The notes: generated from the sequence alone by a model not told the origin. DNA of 64,000 bases from an uncultured Lachnospiraceae bacterium (GCA_964650305.1 CAZYST010000001.1:49953-113952), one strand, 5' to 3'; shown: positions 1 through 10,122, counted from the stretch's first letter. A program made the numbers and translations.

Positions 1-503
1 CTAACTTTTGTTGGTGTACCTGTAACAACAACTCTTTTTGCATCTTTTAAATGTTTTTTTGCATCTTCAAAACCAACCATAATTAAATTAGCTTTTTTAG
101 AAAACATTTTTACAGCTTTTCCTGGATAAGCATTACTTTCATGTAAAACGGTTGGTATTTTTTTATTAATTGCTGCAGAAAAAACTGGACCACATATATA
201 TCCGCCTGTACCTATTACAACATCTGGCTTAAATTCATCAATAAGTTTTTTTACATCTTTTTTACTATTTATAGTTTGAAAAATATGTTTTAAATTTTTA
301 AATGATAATTCTTTTTTTAAGCCATATGCTTCTATTGTTTTTAATTCATATCCTGCCCTAGGTACCAAATCATTTTCTAATCCTCTATTTGTACCTATAA
401 AAATTATTTCTGAATTAGGTTCTTTTTCTTTTATTTTGTTTGCAATAACTATTCCAGGATTTATATGTCCACCTGTTCCAGCAGCAGATATTATAACTTT
501 CAT
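1..503 (-). CDS. murG: MurG glycosyltransferase, N-terminal part (3' end runs off the window)
   Basis: Manual translation from ATG at 503 gives MKVIISAAGTGGHINPGIVIANKI...VIGTGGYICGPV, with MurG-type G-loops. A GGAG RBS lies just upstream. The gene follows ftsW in dcw order. Confidence 0.85.
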   Translation of the reverse strand, partial: MKVIISAAGTGGHINPGIVIANKIKEKEPNSEIIFIGTNRGLENDLVPRAGYELKTIEAYGLKKELSFKNLKHIFQTINSKKDVKKLIDEFKPDVVIGTGGYICGPVFSAAINKKIPTVLHESNAYPGKAVKMFSKKANLIMVGFEDAKKHLKDAKRVVVTGTPTKV

Positions 504-550
504 ACTTCTCCTTGCGTAATTTTATTTAGATTTTTGAGGTATCTATAAAC

Positions 551-1723
551 CTATTTATTTCCACTTCTTGATATATTAAGTAATAATCCAACAGCAGATA
601 AATTTATGATTAATGCTGTACCACCATAACTAAAAAATGGCAATGGCATTCCTGTAACAGGAATTGTACCAGTAACAACCGCTATATTTATAATAGCTTG
701 TAATCCTATCATTGTAACTATTCCTATTGCTATTAATGTTCCAAAATTATCTTGCGCTTTTATAGCAATAATAATTCCTCTCCATATAAATAATGTAAAT
801 AATACAATTACAAGTATACATCCAAAAAATCCTAATTCTTCAGCAATAACAGAAAAAATAAAATCATTATGTGGTTCTGGCAAATATAAATATTTTTGTT
901 TACTTTGCCCTAATCCTAAACCAAATAAACCACCTGATGCAATTGCATAAAAACTTTGAATTATTTGCCAACCTGCTCCTGTTGGATCTGAAAATGGATC
1001 TAACCATGTTTGAATTCTAGTACTTCTAAATCCTGTTGTGCTACTAGATGAATCTACTCCTGAATTTTTATATGCTTTATATAATTCATACCCACCATAC
1101 ATAATTGGAGCCGCAACAGCTACAGTTATTGCCATATGTGATATTCTAGTTCCTGCTATAAACATTTGAACTGATAGTATGGCACCTATTAATAAAGTTA
1201 CACTTAAGTGGTTTTGAATAATATATAAAATACCTGCAATAGGTACGAAAAGTGCAAGTGGAAGCCAACATCCATATCTAATATCTTTTATTTTACCTTT
1301 TTCTTTTATATCAGATAATAAGCTTGCATAAAAAATTATTAAACCAATTTTTGCAAGTTCAGATGGCTGAAAATTAAATCCAAAAATCCTTATCCATCTT
1401 TTAGCACCACCTTCTGAAATACCAAAAGGTACTACAAGTAGCAAAAGTATTATAACAGCTACATATATAATCCATTTTAATTTTCTATATATTCTATAAT
1501 CAATTCTACTAAAAAACATCATTCCTGCCAAACCTATTGCTGCAGCTTGCACTTGTTTTTGTAAATATTTATAACTATTTTCTTCTTCTGCCAAAGATGT
1601 TGGTGCACTAGCAGACAAAACCATAATTATCCCCAATGCTAATAGAAGCATTGTTATTATAAAAAGTGCATAATCTGAAGAACCTTTAGTAAAAATACTA
1701 AATCTTTTTTCTTTTTTTGTCAT
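551..1723 (-). CDS. ftsW: FtsW/SpoVE (SEDS family) peptidoglycan glycosyltransferase
   Basis: 390-aa polytopic membrane protein. C-terminal ...GMPLPFFSYGGTALI... is the SEDS signature. dcw context. Confidence 0.9.
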   Translation of the reverse strand: MTKKEKRFSIFTKGSSDYALFIITMLLLALGIIMVLSASAPTSLAEEENSYKYLQKQVQAAAIGLAGMMFFSRIDYRIYRKLKWIIYVAVIILLLLVVPFGISEGGAKRWIRIFGFNFQPSELAKIGLIIFYASLLSDIKEKGKIKDIRYGCWLPLALFVPIAGILYIIQNHLSVTLLIGAILSVQMFIAGTRISHMAITVAVAAPIMYGGYELYKAYKNSGVDSSSSTTGFRSTRIQTWLDPFSDPTGAGWQIIQSFYAIASGGLFGLGLGQSKQKYLYLPEPHNDFIFSVIAEELGFFGCILVIVLFTLFIWRGIIIAIKAQDNFGTLIAIGIVTMIGLQAIINIAVVTGTIPVTGMPLPFFSYGGTALIINLSAVGLLLNISRSGNK

Positions 1724-1740
1724 TTGATTATCCTTTCAAT

Positions 1741-2712
1741 TTAAATAGCTACTACACTTATAACTGAAGCAATTAACGTTACTAACGAAAACACCCCAAC
1801 AACTTTATTTTCTCTCCAACCAGTAAGTTCAAAATGATGATGAAGTGGTGACATTCTAAATAAACGTTTTCCTGTTTTTCTAAAATATAAAACTTGTAAA
1901 ATTACTGATAAAGTTTCTAATATTGGAACTATTGCTACAATTAAAAGTATTAATGGCAATTTTAAATATATAGCCATACTTGATATAACTCCACCTAATA
2001 AAAGTGATCCTGTGTCTCCCATAATAACTTTTGCTTTATGGAAATTATATATTAAAAATCCAATTATACTACCTACTACTATTGCTCCAAAAATTGAAAC
2101 ACCATCATATCCTAATTTCATTGCAATAACTGAAATAGCAGTTATCATTATTGCAGAAACACTTCCAGCTAGCCCATCTACACCATCTGTTAGATTAACT
2201 GCATTTGTACTACTTAACATTACAAGAATTGTAAATGGTATGTATACCCAAGTAGGTAATACAATGCTTACTTTTATAAATGGAATTATAATTTCAGTAG
2301 ATACTTCTGAATAATTTATCAAAAATAATGTATATAGTGTTGATATAATCAATAATCCTAACATTTTTAATTTAGGATTTAATCCTTCTGTATTTTTTAA
2401 TACTACTTTTTTAAAGTCATCTATAAATCCAACTATTCCAAATCCTATACTAGCTAATGCTATAGCTAATAATGACACACGTGTTTTTTCATCTTTAATA
2501 AATATTAATGATATACCTGTAAAAATTACTATTGATATTATCATCATTATTCCACCCATTGTAGGTGTTCCTTTTTTTCTTAAATGTGATCTTGGTCCAT
2601 CTTCTCTTTCACTTTGACCAACCTTTAATTTTTTTAGAATAGGTATAAAAATTTTTCCTAATATTGCTGTTAATATAAATGCTGAAAGTAAATATATTAC
2701 TTCTATTCTCAT
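1741..2712 (-). CDS. mraY: Phospho-N-acetylmuramoyl-pentapeptide transferase MraY
   Basis: 323 aa. Motifs TPTMGG, NAVNLTDGVDGLA and MGDTGSLLLGG are typical MraY motifs. dcw context. Confidence 0.93.
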   Translation of the reverse strand: MRIEVIYLLSAFILTAILGKIFIPILKKLKVGQSEREDGPRSHLRKKGTPTMGGIMMIISIVIFTGISLIFIKDEKTRVSLLAIALASIGFGIVGFIDDFKKVVLKNTEGLNPKLKMLGLLIISTLYTLFLINYSEVSTEIIIPFIKVSIVLPTWVYIPFTILVMLSSTNAVNLTDGVDGLAGSVSAIMITAISVIAMKLGYDGVSIFGAIVVGSIIGFLIYNFHKAKVIMGDTGSLLLGGVISSMAIYLKLPLILLIVAIVPILETLSVILQVLYFRKTGKRLFRMSPLHHHFELTGWRENKVVGVFSLVTLIASVISVVAI

Positions 2713-2732
2713 TTTATATTTTTCCTTTCGTT

Positions 2733-4205
2733 TTATTTCTTTTCACTTAAATATTTTTTTATTATTTCTCTTTCATCATAATGGTTTTTCTTTCCATTAA
2801 TTTCTTGATATGTTTCATGACCTTTTCCAGCTAATATAACTATATCTTTTTTTGTCATCATACCTATAGCTTTTTGAATAGCTTCTGTTCTATCTACTAT
2901 AGTTTCATATCTTCCTTTTGTTTTTTTCATTCCTTCTTCTATTTGATTTACAATTTCTTGTGGATCTTCTGTTCTTGGATTATCTGAAGTAATAATAGAA
3001 TAATCAGCTATTCTTCCAGCGACTTCTCCCATTTGTGGTCTTTTGGTTTTATCTCTATCTCCACCACATCCAAATACGCATATTACTCTTCCTTTTGTAT
3101 ATGTTTTTACAGCTTGAAGTATATTACTTAAACTTTCTGCTGTATGAGCATAATCTATCATTATAGCTAATTCTTTGTTGTTAGGTACAAGTTCATTTCT
3201 TCCAGGCACTGTAATACTTTCTAGTCCTTCTTTTATTTGTTCTATTTTTATACCTAAACTATCAGCTAAAGAAATTGCTGCTAATGCATTATATACACTA
3301 TATCTTCCTGGTATATTTACTTTTATTCTTTCATTTTTGTTATTAATTTTTACTTTAAAATCAACACTAACATTTGTTATTGTTATATCTTTAGCTAAAT
3401 AATCTGAAGTATTATCTATTGAATATGTTTTAAACATACATTTTGGTGAATTTTCTTTTATTCTTGCACATTTAAAATCATCTGCATTTATATATCCTCT
3501 CATACTCATTGAAAATAATTTTAATTTTGAATTAAAATAATCTTCCATATCTGGATGTTCTTTTACACTTATATGATCTTTATAGAAATTTGTAAAGATT
3601 GCATAATCGAATTTGCAACCATATACTCTATTTAATTTTAAACTTTGTGAAGATACTTCCATTACAACATAATCTACATTTTCTTTTGCCATTTTATAAA
3701 ATAGCTCTTGAAGTTCTAAGCTTTCTGGTGTTGTACGGCTACTTTCACCTAAACAAACATCTCCTATATAATTTGCTATAGTTCCAATTAATCCAACTTT
3801 ATAACTTGCTTTTTCTAAAATAGATTTTATCATATATGTTGTTGTTGTTTTTCCTTTTGTTCCAGTAACACCAATTAATTTAAATTTTCTTGATGGATTA
3901 TCATAAAAATTGGCAGCAACTACGGCTAGTGCAACTCTTGTATTTGCTGTTAATATAACTGTTACTCCTGAAGGTATTTTTATTTTTTTTAGGTCAGCAT
4001 TAATATCTAGCATTACAGCTGTAGCTCCATTATTTACAGCTTCTTCAATATATTCATGTCCATCAAAATCAAAACCTTTTATAGCTACAAATAAGCTATC
4101 TGGCTCAATTTTTTTAGAATTACTTTCTACTTTTTTTATATCAATATCTAAATTTCCTTTAGATTTAAAATTTTCTATTCCTCTTAAAAGATTTTCAAGT
4201 TTCAT
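2733..4205 (-). CDS. murE: UDP-MurNAc-L-Ala-D-Glu--2,6-diaminopimelate ligase MurE
   Basis: 490 aa. Mur ligase P-loop GVTGTKGKTTT. The DNPR motif (TSDNPRTEDP) is typical of meso-DAP-adding MurE. Confidence 0.9.
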   Translation of the reverse strand: MKLENLLRGIENFKSKGNLDIDIKKVESNSKKIEPDSLFVAIKGFDFDGHEYIEEAVNNGATAVMLDINADLKKIKIPSGVTVILTANTRVALAVVAANFYDNPSRKFKLIGVTGTKGKTTTTYMIKSILEKASYKVGLIGTIANYIGDVCLGESSRTTPESLELQELFYKMAKENVDYVVMEVSSQSLKLNRVYGCKFDYAIFTNFYKDHISVKEHPDMEDYFNSKLKLFSMSMRGYINADDFKCARIKENSPKCMFKTYSIDNTSDYLAKDITITNVSVDFKVKINNKNERIKVNIPGRYSVYNALAAISLADSLGIKIEQIKEGLESITVPGRNELVPNNKELAIMIDYAHTAESLSNILQAVKTYTKGRVICVFGCGGDRDKTKRPQMGEVAGRIADYSIITSDNPRTEDPQEIVNQIEEGMKKTKGRYETIVDRTEAIQKAIGMMTKKDIVILAGKGHETYQEINGKKNHYDEREIIKKYLSEKK

Positions 4206-4350
4206 TTTTGCATTCTTCCTTTCGATTTTAGAATTATTAAAATATTAACCTTATAATCAAATTTATTATATAGTAAAAAATAATTTTTGTACAGAATATA
4301 TTTCATTTTTTATATTATAATTCTATTAATTTTAATATTTTTTATGATTA

Positions 4351-4383
4351 AAAATGCAAAAGGAACTCGAATCTCGAGTTCCT
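4351..4383 (-). terminator. Rho-independent terminator downstream of ORF 4409..5134
   Basis: Perfect GC-containing stem aggaactcga/tcgagttcct (4361-4383), 3-nt loop. T-rich on the minus strand after the stem. Confidence 0.6.
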
Positions 4384-4408
4384 CTTGGATTGTGATTTAA
4401 AGATGCAA

Positions 4409-5134
4409 TTACTTGAAATACAAAAATGCTCTTACTTTAGCATCAGGATGATTAAATCCTTTAGAATACATATATCTTTTTCGAGCTGGATAATTTGCTT
4501 CTCCATCGCTAAATGGTACACCATCTCTCGTAATGTTTCTATCAAAGAAATATTCTTTTGTCCATTCAGTAGAGAAAATATCGGTTATCAAATCTTCTAA
4601 TTTCCATCCTCCATGATCTTTGTTCATAATTGTTTTTTGTTCTTCTTCTGAAGTTGGACTCCACAGCCATTCTTCTTCTGTAAGAGTTTTTGTTTGAATA
4701 AGCCATTTACCAATAAGGTCATAAATCAAACCATATGGTACACTGCTTTCCATTTGCGAAATATTAAATTTACGAACAATTTTTTCTGCTCTTGCAAAAG
4801 ACATACCTTCTATCGCCAAATGTTCTTTTGAAACGACTTTTCCTTTCGGATTTATACTTAATGGGTTTCTAGAAATAAAGAATCCTTTATTTTTTTCAAT
4901 AGATTCAATTATTTCATCTGGAATATCATCATGGAAACCTCTATCAAGTACTTCATTGCAATCCCATGCTACTCTTTCCAAACTTAAAAAATCTGTCCGG
5001 AAATACGTAATTTCATTTTCACCGCATTTCAATGCTGCTGCAACAAAACCTTGCTCAGTATAAATTGCTTTCTTAACTACTGCACATGAAGGCACATGCA
5101 ATTCAAACACATTCTTCTCATTTTTCTTTACCAT
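4409..5134 (-). CDS. Hypothetical protein, compositionally atypical (higher GC than neighbours)
   Basis: 241-aa ORF with a GGAGG RBS upstream of the ATG and its own terminator. No family motif recognised. Confidence 0.6.
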   Translation of the reverse strand: MVKKNEKNVFELHVPSCAVVKKAIYTEQGFVAAALKCGENEITYFRTDFLSLERVAWDCNEVLDRGFHDDIPDEIIESIEKNKGFFISRNPLSINPKGKVVSKEHLAIEGMSFARAEKIVRKFNISQMESSVPYGLIYDLIGKWLIQTKTLTEEEWLWSPTSEEEQKTIMNKDHGGWKLEDLITDIFSTEWTKEYFFDRNITRDGVPFSDGEANYPARKRYMYSKGFNHPDAKVRAFLYFK

Positions 5135-5333
5135 AGTTGTTACCTCCGCTTAATGTTATTGTGAGAACAAGTCTGCATCTTATTTATTATATCTTATTTT
5201 TACATATTTTTCAACACTTTACTTTTATTTAAGTATAAATAATAATATAAAAGTTTTTCAGCTATAAAAATTTCTCTTTTATTTTTCTCTTATTTATAAT
5301 ATAATTTAATAAAATTTATTTTAGGTGATACAT

Positions 5334-6299
5334 ATGATAATAATTAATGAATCAATGTCAAATGACATTATAAAACAAATAATTGAAAATGAAAAAAATG
5401 AATTAAATCGAAAATTACAATTGTTTAATTTTCAAAAAAAGATTTTAATTTCTTATACAGAAAATATTACTGAAACATTAGAAAAAGTAGAATATTTTGA
5501 TGATACAAAAAAAATAACATATATATTATCTAGTTTTAAAACTCAATTTGATAAAATACATATTATCGAAAAAAACTTTCCAGATACTATAAATCTTCTT
5601 GAAATTTCATCTACAAATTCTTTAAAATCTTCTTATATTATAATGGCTAACACTTATAACATGCAATTACTTACTTTGCAAAAAAATTTAGATTCTTTTT
5701 CTGAAGAATTATCAAAATTTGTTGATAAAATAAAAGAATTTATTGAATTTAAATTTGTAGATAAAATTACTTATGAAGAAAAAAGCAGCTCTGAATCATT
5801 AGCTAATAATCAAAATATAAAAGATACTAATGAAAATCAATCATCAATTAATAAAGATACAAAAAATTGTGAAAACAATATTCTATCAAATGAAAAAGAC
5901 AATAATTGTTTATTAATTTCTGAAACTCAAAAAAAGGTTTATTTACCATATAAAATAAGTAAATTAAATGACAAATTAACAAATTCCAAATATTCAAGTG
6001 TTTCTGAAATTATTGAAAATGAATATATTTTACCTTTAAAAAATTTTAAAAATCCTATATTATCTAGATTTAATGAAACATATCATTTAATGAGATTTAA
6101 AGAAAAATCATCTTTTTTAGAAGCGCTAGATTTAGCATTAGAATTATCTTTTAATTCTAGCTTAAATCCAGCAGTTATTTCTGCTTGTGAAAATAAAACT
6201 GAATTAGATATTTATTTAGATTGCTTATACGAAAACGAATTAGAAAAATTTACAATTTTTGAAATAAAATATGAAATACCACCAGTTATAAAAAAATAA
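5334..6299 (+). CDS. Hypothetical N/K/E-rich protein
   Basis: Long ORF. ATG at 5334 is preceded by an AGGTGA RBS; the tabulated 5325 start is GTG. No recognised motif. Confidence 0.5.
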   Translation: MIIINESMSNDIIKQIIENEKNELNRKLQLFNFQKKILISYTENITETLEKVEYFDDTKKITYILSSFKTQFDKIHIIEKNFPDTINLLEISSTNSLKSSYIIMANTYNMQLLTLQKNLDSFSEELSKFVDKIKEFIEFKFVDKITYEEKSSSESLANNQNIKDTNENQSSINKDTKNCENNILSNEKDNNCLLISETQKKVYLPYKISKLNDKLTNSKYSSVSEIIENEYILPLKNFKNPILSRFNETYHLMRFKEKSSFLEALDLALELSFNSSLNPAVISACENKTELDIYLDCLYENELEKFTIFEIKYEIPPVIKK

Positions 6300-6313
6300 A
6301 GTGAAAATCCACT

Positions 6314-6913
6314 TTATTTTTTTGCATTATTATTTATTTCTTCATAAATTCTTCTTTTTTCTTTTCTCATCATTATTTTTTCTTCTTTACTTTTACTAAT
6401 AATATAAAATATAATCATATATACTGCTACAATTATAACACCTGTTGTATTTTGCATAAATAATACAAACTTTCCAATCTTAGGAATTTTAAAACTATAT
6501 ACACCTTCTACATTTTCTAAATTTACTGGATTTATATCTTCAGAGCTATTAGCATCACCTTTTGTTATGAATCTTTTTCCAGAATCAATAACATGATCTA
6601 CTCTATGTGTAATAATTGAATTTCCTTCTCTAAAAGAAATTATATCTCCTTTTTTTATTTGATCAGTATTTTGATTTATTACAACAATATCTCCTATATC
6701 AAGTTCTGGACACATACTGCCAGAAACTATTACAAAACTTTTATATCCTAAAAAGCTAGGAATTTTATCAGCATACAAAAAAGACTGAACAATCATTATT
6801 ATATTATAAAATAATATAGGTATTAAAATTATATAAATAATAATCCTAGCAATCTTTTTTTTCTTTTCTGTTTTATTCTTTTTTTTATAAATTTCATCTA
6901 TTGTATATCTCAT
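6314..6913 (-). CDS. sipW: Signal peptidase I, SipW (archaeal/ER S26B) type, copy 2
   Basis: 199 aa with an N-terminal TM. SGSMCPEL catalytic Ser box, ITHRV His box, C-terminal TM. Closes the fibre operon. Confidence 0.8.
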   Translation of the reverse strand: MRYTIDEIYKKKNKTEKKKKIARIIIYIILIPILFYNIIMIVQSFLYADKIPSFLGYKSFVIVSGSMCPELDIGDIVVINQNTDQIKKGDIISFREGNSIITHRVDHVIDSGKRFITKGDANSSEDINPVNLENVEGVYSFKIPKIGKFVLFMQNTTGVIIVAVYMIIFYIISKSKEEKIMMRKEKRRIYEEINNNAKK

Positions 6914-6926
6914 TTTATTCCTTTAT

Positions 6927-7442
6927 TTATAATGCTTGTTCAGCATATACTTCAATATCAAATTTCATTTCTTTATTTGAATAAGAATAATCCTTTTCAT
7001 TTTCTGGCCAAATAAATTTTATTTTATATTTATGATTTTCTATATTTTCGAACCCTAAAGATATTAAATCTGTTTTATTAGAATCAACGTTTATTTCTTT
7101 TTCTGTGCCATTAGTAATATCATATATTTTATATGTAAGTGGAATTTCATTTTCTGGAATAACTACTTTTATATAATAATTTAACATTATTTCATTTACA
7201 TTCACATTATCTGTATTTTTTACATAAAAAATATATTCTGCTTTATCTCCTGGTAACATATTTTCTATTTTTTTATTAGAATTAGATTCTATTTCTATAA
7301 CTGGTTTTGCTATTTCCAAATTATTACTATAATTAGTTTCTGATGCATATCTAGAATTAGTAAGACCAATAGAATAAGCACAAATAAGTATTAAAATAAA
7401 TACTAAAATATATTTAATTCTGATTTTTGAAATATTATTCAT
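6927..7442 (-). CDS. Secreted TasA/BsaA-like accessory subunit candidate
   Basis: 171 aa with an N-terminal signal anchor followed by ..NSRYASE.., resembling SipW-cognate signal peptides. Lies within the sipW-flanked operon. Confidence 0.5.
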   Translation of the reverse strand: MNNISKIRIKYILVFILILICAYSIGLTNSRYASETNYSNNLEIAKPVIEIESNSNKKIENMLPGDKAEYIFYVKNTDNVNVNEIMLNYYIKVVIPENEIPLTYKIYDITNGTEKEINVDSNKTDLISLGFENIENHKYKIKFIWPENEKDYSYSNKEMKFDIEVYAEQAL

Positions 7443-7463
7443 TTTAATACTTATCTCCTTATT

Positions 7464-8102
7464 TTAATCTATCTTTTGAGTAATTGAAACATTTACTCCC
7501 ACACTATATACTCCATTTTCAATTGCAGTATTCGTATGGATTTCATCATTTTGTCTTATATCATTCCATACCCAATAAATTCTAATAGTTTCTATATCTT
7601 CATTTGAAAAAGATGAATTTTCTGACAATTTAAATTCACCTTCAATTTTATTATTGATAATTGTTTTATCTGTTTCAACATTATTAGAATTTTTAATTAT
7701 ATCATATTCTGTTATTGTTATATCTGTTGGTAATTTTGAAATATCTAAGTCTAATGTGTATTCAAAACTTACATCAGTACCTGTAGGGTCAATAGTTATA
7801 TCAAAATAACCACCATATCCTGGTGCTAATTTTCCATCCACAACATTTTCACTTTTTTCTGGAATTAAATTAATTTCTTTATTTGTAGTAGTTCCGCCAT
7901 TTGTAATATCTTCTGTATTTATTTTTATAGACCAATTTGCAATAAAAGCTTTTCCAGAAGGAGAATATGTACTTTGAAATTTTGCCATTGACATACTTGT
8001 TACCATTGAAGTTATAACAAGCAAAAATAATAATTTTTTTGATAAACTATTAGTACTATTTTTTTTAGTATTTGTTTTTGCATGGCTTACTTTTCTTGTC
8101 AT
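7464..8102 (-). CDS. Secreted TasA/BsaA-like protein candidate
   Basis: 212 aa with a signal peptide ending ..SMAKFQSTYS. Shares the A-x-W-x-[IF]-K motif (ANWSIK) with the 192-aa paralogue. Confidence 0.5.
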   Translation of the reverse strand: MTRKVSHAKTNTKKNSTNSLSKKLLFLLVITSMVTSMSMAKFQSTYSPSGKAFIANWSIKINTEDITNGGTTTNKEINLIPEKSENVVDGKLAPGYGGYFDITIDPTGTDVSFEYTLDLDISKLPTDITITEYDIIKNSNNVETDKTIINNKIEGEFKLSENSSFSNEDIETIRIYWVWNDIRQNDEIHTNTAIENGVYSVGVNVSITQKID

Positions 8103-8129
8103 TAGTATTTCTCCTTCTAAAAAATCTTT

Positions 8130-8711
8130 TTATCTTTCGACATATGGTGCAAAATTAATATTTAAACTATAACTTGCACCATCTTTATTTATATTAGTAT
8201 CATTTTCAGTACTTTTCCAGTACCACTCTAATGTATACATAGTTTTTGAATTACTTGTTATTAATATATCTTCTAAATTCATTTCTGATATATCAACCCA
8301 ATTTTCTTCTTTTCCAATAATATATATATTATCTATTTTTAAACGAAATTTCATATTAATATTTTCAGTATTTTCTTCTATAAAAGACATATTATATTTA
8401 ATATTTTCTGATGATTCGTTTTGAACAATAAATTTATATATTCCATTTGTTTCAGGAGCTATAACTCCTTTTTTTAAACTAGAATTATCAAATATTTTTA
8501 GCTTGTCTGATTGTTTCCAATCAACTGAATTAGATGTAATTTTTATTACATCTAATTGTTTAGTTAAGTTAGGTGTTACACCTATCGTTCCTAAACGGTA
8601 TCCAAGTAAATATACTGATAGAATAACACTTATAGAAAATAATATTACAAAAATTATAATTAATATTTTTCTACGTAAATATTCATTTTTTTCTTTATCA
8701 GCGTTATTCAA
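8130..8711 (-). CDS. Membrane-anchored/secreted protein of the fibre operon
   Basis: 193 aa with one N-terminal TM and a beta-rich remainder. Operon context only. Confidence 0.45.
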   Translation of the reverse strand: MNNADKEKNEYLRRKILIIIFVILFSISVILSVYLLGYRLGTIGVTPNLTKQLDVIKITSNSVDWKQSDKLKIFDNSSLKKGVIAPETNGIYKFIVQNESSENIKYNMSFIEENTENINMKFRLKIDNIYIIGKEENWVDISEMNLEDILITSNSKTMYTLEWYWKSTENDTNINKDGASYSLNINFAPYVER

Positions 8712-8734
8712 TTCTTATTTCCTCCTATGTAATT

Positions 8735-9313
8735 TTATACATTAACTTGTGTACCTACTACTTTTAAAGTTACTAATGTCATAGCAGTATCTGTTGCATT
8801 TTTTCCAATAATTGTATCTTCTGCATCTGCATCTACTGATGAATCATATTTCCATTCAAAAGATATTTTTGCAGTAGCTGTATCACCAGCTGCAACTTCA
8901 GTAATTGTATTTCCACCGTCATCTACTAATACAACTTTTCCAAAAGAAAATTGTGATTTTGTAAATTTATCATTTGCTTGACTAACAGCTTGAACATCTA
9001 ATGTAGCAGCTACATCACTGTTTGTATTATCTATGTTAATTGTGATTTCACCTTTTGATCCAGGTTGAATTTTTTTAACTCCATTAACTGTAACAAGTCC
9101 AGATGTTACATAATCGCCTAAATCTATTTCAAAATCTTCTTCAAGTGTTGTTGTACCTGCTGTAGCTTTAAAATCCCATTTTGCAACTATCGCTGTACCT
9201 TTTCCATTTACAGCTGTTGTATATTTAGCATATGTTCCAGAAACACCGATTAATGATAATATAACTAATACTAAAACAACAAGTGTTAAATTAGCAGTTT
9301 TTTTCTTATTCAT
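8735..9313 (-). CDS. TasA/camelysin/BsaA-like major fibre subunit candidate
   Basis: 192 aa. Signal peptide ends GVSGTYAKYT (SipW-cognate GTxAxF/Y-type motif). A/T/V/G-rich beta protein with locally higher GC. Sits directly after sipW copy 1. Confidence 0.6.
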   Translation of the reverse strand: MNKKKTANLTLVVLVLVILSLIGVSGTYAKYTTAVNGKGTAIVAKWDFKATAGTTTLEEDFEIDLGDYVTSGLVTVNGVKKIQPGSKGEITINIDNTNSDVAATLDVQAVSQANDKFTKSQFSFGKVVLVDDGGNTITEVAAGDTATAKISFEWKYDSSVDADAEDTIIGKNATDTAMTLVTLKVVGTQVNV

Positions 9314-9378
9314 ATTTTACACCTCCTCTCAAATATATATTAAGTAATAGAATATATAATATTTAATTACTAACTAAT

Positions 9379-9990
9379 TTAAATTTTTTCTGATAACTTT
9401 TTATTTTCATTTTTTAGTCTTTCTAACTCTTTTTTCATTTCTTCTTGTTCTTGTTCTTTTTCTTTCATTTTTTTATTTTTTTCTTTATTGTCACTTATTT
9501 GTATTAATATAAATAAAGCTATTGGTATAGATAATGCAACAGCTGTTCCTAAAGGTGTTTGAATAAATATTGCAACATTTCCCAATTTACTTATTTTAAA
9601 CATATATTTTCCTTCAATCATATTTGAATATACAGGATAAATATCTCTATTATTATTGTTATCACCTTTTGTTATAAATCTTTTTTCTCCATTTTCTTCA
9701 ACAATTTCTGCTATTCTATGTGTTATTATAATATCATCTTGTCTAAAAGCTATAACATCTCCAACTTTTAAATCTTCTGTATCTATTTCTTTAACTACAC
9801 TTAAATCTCCCGCATATATTTCACTTTGCATTGAGCCTGAAAGTGTTATAAATGGTTTCCAACCAAAAAAACTTGGTACTTCATCTTTATTTACAAAAGA
9901 TGATATTAAAATTACTGAATTTACAAATAATACCATTATTAGTATTATCCATATTATTATTGATAAAAATTTTTTCATTTTTTTCTCCAT
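9379..9990 (-). CDS. sipW: Signal peptidase I, SipW type, copy 1
   Basis: 203 aa. SGSMQSEI Ser box, ITHRI His box, charged coiled C-terminal tail. Confidence 0.8.
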   Translation of the reverse strand: MEKKMKKFLSIIIWIILIMVLFVNSVILISSFVNKDEVPSFFGWKPFITLSGSMQSEIYAGDLSVVKEIDTEDLKVGDVIAFRQDDIIITHRIAEIVEENGEKRFITKGDNNNNRDIYPVYSNMIEGKYMFKISKLGNVAIFIQTPLGTAVALSIPIALFILIQISDNKEKNKKMKEKEQEQEEMKKELERLKNENKKLSEKI

Positions 9991-10122
9991 TTTATATTTT
10001 TAAATATATGTGCTAAAATATATATATACAATTTTATTATACAAAACTCGACTTCTCTTTACAATAAATATTATTTTTTGTAATAAACATTTTATCTGCT
10101 TGAAATACAAATGTAATATTTC

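Noticed and set aside
2012-4248. Plus-strand ORFs (2012..2314, 3175..3402, 3599..3781, 3910..4248) antisense to mraY and murE
   Set aside because: These are shadow ORFs inside well-supported minus-strand genes. They have low-complexity hydrophobic translations and no RBS. The same reasoning applies to similar antisense ORFs at 8503, 9656, 10444, 13389, 13838, 17519-18511, 19794, 20302, 20828, 21107, 22139, 23216, 23650, 24097, 26216, 26325, 30937, 31593, 34819, 47770, 48187, 51022-51618, 52159-52535, 53349, 53537, 55516, 56092, 57753, 58985, 60155, 60957 and 62387.
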